Assembly (NCBI GenBank): GCA_947629005.1 | Contig: CANRCD010000001.1 | Location: 159,550 to 223,549 of the forward strand | Direction of reading: 5' to 3' | Length of the DNA: 64,000 nucleotides | Origin: an uncultured Clostridia bacterium | GTDB taxonomy: Bacteria; Bacillota; Clostridia; UMGS1883 | Shown here: piece by piece, positions 59,233-64,000 of the stretch | How the letters are laid out: every line of letters starts with the position of its first letter | Position numbering within the stretch: the first letter of the stretch is position 1 | Program-made: the position numbers and the translations under genes | Notes under the pieces: model-generated | Told to the model about the DNA's origin: nothing | The model's database searches: none | Seen by the model: the letters and a program-made list of their open reading frames with translations, nothing else

Positions 59233-59289
59233 GATATACGGAAAAAGTTGGACACAATATGTGCCGATTTTTATGAAAGGAGATTTGTC

Positions 59290-61041
59290 ATGACATCAAA
59301 TCAGAAAGTATTGACATGGCTCGAGGAAATGAAGGCCCTCACCCAGCCGGACAGCGTGGTCTGGATAGACGGCAGCGAGGCTCAGCTCGACGCCCTCCGC
59401 GCCGAGGCCGTTTCCACGGGCGAGCTTATCAAGCTTAACGAGGAGAAGCTTCCCGGCTGCTACCTTCACAGAACTGCCGAAAACGATGTGGCCCGCGTGG
59501 AGGACCGCACATTTATCTGCACCACCAAGAGGGAGGACGCCGGCCCCACAAATAACTGGATGGCGCCCGCCGAGATGTACGCTATGCTTAAGGAGATTTA
59601 TAACGGCTCCATGAAGGGCAGAACAATGTATGTCGTTCCCTATATCATGGGCCCCGCAAGCTCTCCCTTCAGCAAGGTCGGCATTGAGCTGACGGACAGC
59701 ATTTATGTTGTTCTCAACATGAACATAATGACGCGCATGGGCCAAATAGCCCTCGACGAGCTTGGCGACGGCGACTTTGTTAAGTGCCTGCACGCCAAGT
59801 GCGACGTCGATCCCGAAAAGAGATATATCGTTCAGTTCCCCGAGGACAACACGATATGGAGCTGCAACAGCGCCTACGGCGGAAATGTGCTTCTGGGCAA
59901 GAAGTGCTTTGCCCTGCGCATAGCCTCCTACATGGGCTATAAGGAAGGATGGATGGCCGAACACATGCTCATTCTCGGCCTCACCAACCCCAAGGGCGAG
60001 AAAAAGTACGTTGCGGCTGCCTTCCCGTCCGCCTGCGGCAAGACAAATCTGGCAATGCTCATTCCCCCTGAGATTCTCGGCGATTACAAGGTTGAGACCG
60101 TCGGCGACGACATAGCGTGGATCAGAATAGGCGAGGACGGTCGTCTGTGGGCCATCAACCCTGAGGCCGGTTTCTTCGGAGTGGCTCCCGGAACCAGCGA
60201 AAAAACCAACTACAACGCCCTTGAGGCCACCAAGAAGAACACCATATTCACCAATGTTGCGCTTATGGATGACGGCACCGTTTGGTGGGAGGGCCTCACT
60301 AAAGAAGCTCCCGCTCACTGCATTGACTGGCTTGGCAATGAGTGGACACCCGAAAGCGGCACTAAGGCCGCTCATCCCAACAGCCGTTTCACTGCACCCG
60401 CTGTGAACTGCCCCTGCATTAGCGACCAATTTGAGGCTCCAAAAGGCGTTCCGCTGAGCGCCATCATCTTCGGCGGCCGCCGCGCGAAGTCCGCTCCGCT
60501 TGTATACCAGTCCTTCGATTGGAACCACGGTGTGTTCGTAGGCGCCACAATGGCCTCTGAGACCACAGCCGCCGCCGCCGGCGCCGTAGGCGTAGTACGC
60601 CGCGACCCGATGGCTATGCGCCCGTTCTGCGGCTACAATATGGCCGACTACTTCCAGCACTGGATCGATATGGGCCATAGGAGCGAGCTCACCAATCCCC
60701 CGAAAATCTTCCACGTCAACTGGTTCCGCCGCGACGACGAGGGCAACTTTATGTGGCCCGGCTTTGGCGACAACCTGCGTGTGCTCAACTGGATACTTGA
60801 CCGTTGCGACGGCAAGGTTGACGCCACCGAAACGCCCATTGGTTACGTGCCAAAGAAGGAAGACCTTAATGTTGAGGGCCTTGATATCGACGATAAGACG
60901 CTCACCGAGCTTCTTGCTGTAGATAAGGACGTGTGGAACGCCGAGCTCCCCGGAATTAAGGAGTATTTCTCCCAGTTCGGTGACAGACTTCCCAAGGGTA
61001 TACAGGAGCAGCTTGACGCTCTTGAAGCCCGCTTAAAGTAA
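59290..61041 (+). CDS. pckG: Phosphoenolpyruvate carboxykinase (GTP)
   Basis: 583 aa with a GTP-PEPCK kinase-1a P-loop ([16 protein letters not shown]) and other family motifs. Confidence 0.85.
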   Translation: MTSNQKVLTWLEEMKALTQPDSVVWIDGSEAQLDALRAEAVSTGELIKLNEEKLPGCYLHRTAENDVARVEDRTFICTTKREDAGPTNNWMAPAEMYAMLKEIYNGSMKGRTMYVVPYIMGPASSPFSKVGIELTDSIYVVLNMNIMTRMGQIALDELGDGDFVKCLHAKCDVDPEKRYIVQFPEDNTIWSCNSAYGGNVLLGKKCFALRIASYMGYKEGWMAEHMLILGLTNPKGEKKYVAAAFPSACGKTNLAMLIPPEILGDYKVETVGDDIAWIRIGEDGRLWAINPEAGFFGVAPGTSEKTNYNALEATKKNTIFTNVALMDDGTVWWEGLTKEAPAHCIDWLGNEWTPESGTKAAHPNSRFTAPAVNCPCISDQFEAPKGVPLSAIIFGGRRAKSAPLVYQSFDWNHGVFVGATMASETTAAAAGAVGVVRRDPMAMRPFCGYNMADYFQHWIDMGHRSELTNPPKIFHVNWFRRDDEGNFMWPGFGDNLRVLNWILDRCDGKVDATETPIGYVPKKEDLNVEGLDIDDKTLTELLAVDKDVWNAELPGIKEYFSQFGDRLPKGIQEQLDALEARLK

Positions 61042-61048
61042 CAATCTT

Positions 61049-61081
61049 AAAATGCCCGACGTTTTGCGTCGGGCATTTTTT
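61049..61081 (+). terminator. Intrinsic terminator AAAATGCCCGACgttttGCGTCGGGCATTTTTT
   Basis: Perfect stem and a U-run after the pckG stop. Confidence 0.7.
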
Positions 61082-61138
61082 ATGGATTTATCATCCGTGT
61101 CAGCAGCCGATATTGTGCATTTTTTTCTGCGCTAAGTA

Positions 61139-61167
61139 TTGACTTTGAGACAAATATGTAGTATGAT
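61139..61167 (+). promoter_or_regulatory. sigma-A promoter TTGACT-17-TATGAT for obg
   Basis: Hexamers read from the sequence. Confidence 0.5.
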
Positions 61168-61174
61168 AATGTAA

Positions 61175-62482
<1,308 letters not shown>

Positions 62483-62494
62483 GGAGTGCGGTTT

Positions 62495-62803
62495 ATGGCT
62501 TTGACCTCAAAGCAGAGGGCCTACCTGCGCGGTATCGGCCATGTGCAAAGCGCCATTTTTCAGGTTGGTAAGGGCGGAATAAACGATAATTTTATAAAGC
62601 AGATAGACGAGGCCCTTGAGGCGCGCGAGCTAATCAAGATAACGGTGCTCGAAACCGCTTTAACGAGCGCCCGTGCCGTCAGCGAGGAACTTTGCGCGGC
62701 CACCGGCGCAGAGCCGGTACAGTGTATCGGCAATAAGCTGATAATCTACCGCGAAAGTGAGAACAATAAAAAGATAGAGCTCCCCTCCGCGAGCAAGAGG
62801 TGA
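62495..62803 (+). CDS. yhbY: YhbY/CRS1-type RNA-binding protein (CRM domain)
   Basis: LTSKQRAYLRG...IFQVGKGGI signature. The obg-yhbY-nadD-yqeK-rsfS order matches Bacillus yqeI-yqeJ-yqeK-yqeL. Confidence 0.8.
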   Translation: MALTSKQRAYLRGIGHVQSAIFQVGKGGINDNFIKQIDEALEARELIKITVLETALTSARAVSEELCAATGAEPVQCIGNKLIIYRESENNKKIELPSASKR

Positions 62804-63375
62804 GGGCTTTGGGCAGAGTTGGGCTTTTCGGAGGGGCATTCGACCCCTTTCACAACGGACATCTGGCCGTATGCGGCGCTGCCGCACGCGAGCTTTCGCT
62901 TGACAGACTCATCGTTATACCCACGTGGCGGCCTCCGCACAAGGACGGAGCGATGGCTCCGTTTGAGGATAGGCTTGCGATGACGCTCGCCGCCCTGCGA
63001 GGCACGGGTTTCGCGGTCTGCGATTATGAGTACCGCCGCGGAGGCGTGTCGTACAGCGCCGAGACGGTCGAGGATTTTGCCAGGATGTACCCCGCCGATG
63101 AATTATTCTTCATTATCGGCGGTGATTCGTACCGCGATTTTAACAGTTGGTATCAGCCGTGGCGCATAACAGCCAAGGCAACGCTTGCCGTTTATCCGAG
63201 GGACGGTCTTACGGCAAGCCCGCCGGCAATTTCAATAGACGCCGGAAATATTGATATATCAAGCACGCTTCTGCGCGAACGGCTTGGCAGGGGAGAGAGT
63301 ATAGCCTCGCTTGTGCCGAAAACGGTGGAGGAATATATAATCGAGCATAAACTTTACGGACGAGGTGCTTTATGA
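62800..63375 (+). CDS. nadD: Nicotinate-nucleotide adenylyltransferase
   Basis: GLFGGAFDPFHNGH (T/H)xGH motif. Start is GTG at 62800 or TTG at 62809 with an AGAGGTGAGGG RBS. Confidence 0.85.
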   Translation: MRALGRVGLFGGAFDPFHNGHLAVCGAAARELSLDRLIVIPTWRPPHKDGAMAPFEDRLAMTLAALRGTGFAVCDYEYRRGGVSYSAETVEDFARMYPADELFFIIGGDSYRDFNSWYQPWRITAKATLAVYPRDGLTASPPAISIDAGNIDISSTLLRERLGRGESIASLVPKTVEEYIIEHKLYGRGAL

Positions 63376-63950
63376 CAGAGGAGCAAATGATAGCCCGCTT
63401 AAAGACCGAGCTCAACGAGCATAGGTTCAACCACACTCTTGGCGTGGCGGCCGAAGCGCGCCGGTGGGCGCCGCTGTACGGCGCCGATCCCGATAAGGCT
63501 TACGTCGCGGGGTTGCTCCACGATTGCGCGAAAAATTTTTCGCCCGAGAGGACGCGAGAATACTGCGAGAAATACGGCGTTGAGCTCGACCCCTACTGCA
63601 TGAAGGAAAAGGCGCTCATCCACGCCTTTATCGGCCCCACCGTCGCAAAGGCGGATTACGGCGTGGACGACGCGGAGATACTAAGCGCCATATACTATCA
63701 TACCACGGCAAAGGCCGATATGACGCCGCTTGAAAAGGTGATATACATAGCCGACATGACCGAGCCCGGAAGGAAGATGGAGCAGTCGGCGGAGCTAAGG
63801 CGAATGCTGGAACAGGGCGACGCGGACGGCGCGCTCATACACGGTATCAGCAGCTCAATCTGCTTTGTGATAAAGAAGGGCAGCCTCATCCATCCGGATT
63901 CGGTTTACGCCCTGAATTTCTTGATTGAAAACAGGAGGAAGTCAAATTAA
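63372..63950 (+). CDS. yqeK: HD-domain hydrolase YqeK
   Basis: HTLGV...LLHDCAK HD motif and the conserved nadD-yqeK pairing. Confidence 0.8.
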   Translation: MTEEQMIARLKTELNEHRFNHTLGVAAEARRWAPLYGADPDKAYVAGLLHDCAKNFSPERTREYCEKYGVELDPYCMKEKALIHAFIGPTVAKADYGVDDAEILSAIYYHTTAKADMTPLEKVIYIADMTEPGRKMEQSAELRRMLEQGDADGALIHGISSSICFVIKKGSLIHPDSVYALNFLIENRRKSN

Positions 63951-64000
63951 TGAACGACAGGGAAAAGCTTGCTAACCTCGTCAGGATTCTTGACGCGAAA
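63950..64000 (+). CDS. rsfS: Ribosomal silencing factor RsfS (Iojap), 5' fragment truncated by window end
   Basis: MNDREKLANLVRILDAK N-terminus and its position after yqeK. Confidence 0.55.
   Translation, partial: MNDREKLANLVRILDAK

Noticed and set aside
59296-60714. 472-aa minus-strand ORF
   Set aside because: It lies antisense to pckG, which has the diagnostic GTP-PEPCK P-loop.

Overview
This is a 64 kb chromosomal window from a high-GC (~60%) Gram-positive Clostridia-like (Firmicutes) genome. It is gene-dense with short intergenic regions, many start/stop overlaps and sporulation-associated genes (spoVG, yaaT/ricT, possibly spoIIM-like). Most of it is core housekeeping: murC, spoVG, glmU, prs, pth, mfd and a PrsA-like foldase. 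There is also a complete pyrB-pyrC-pyrF-pyrK-pyrD block running straight into metG-tatD, then lon/engB, purB, proC, xerD, thyA-folA, bioY, xth, rsmA, pckG, and obg-yhbY-nadD-yqeK-rsfS. Accessory or unusual content is as follows:
- A TPP-riboswitch-controlled ykoF-like/thiXYZ HMP-uptake operon carries an orphan Fe-S hydro-lyase (fumarate/tartrate dehydratase alpha-like) gene.
- Two tandem secreted paralogs share a ~92% identical 5' ~545-nt module; the first ends in BspA-type LRRs.
- A secreted PI-PLC-like/LamG protein is present.
- A large membrane protein is translationally coupled to murJ.
- A polysaccharide deacetylase carries an N-terminal GW-type repeat array.
- A zinc-ribbon membrane protein has an acidic tail.
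- An 85-aa FakA/YloV-fragment-like ORF sits between pth and mfd.
- A terminator-bearing intergenic element recurs twice, about 7 kb apart.
No rRNA, tRNA, CRISPR arrays or mobile elements were seen. All calls rest on reading the provided translations and the sequence by eye. No database searches were run.
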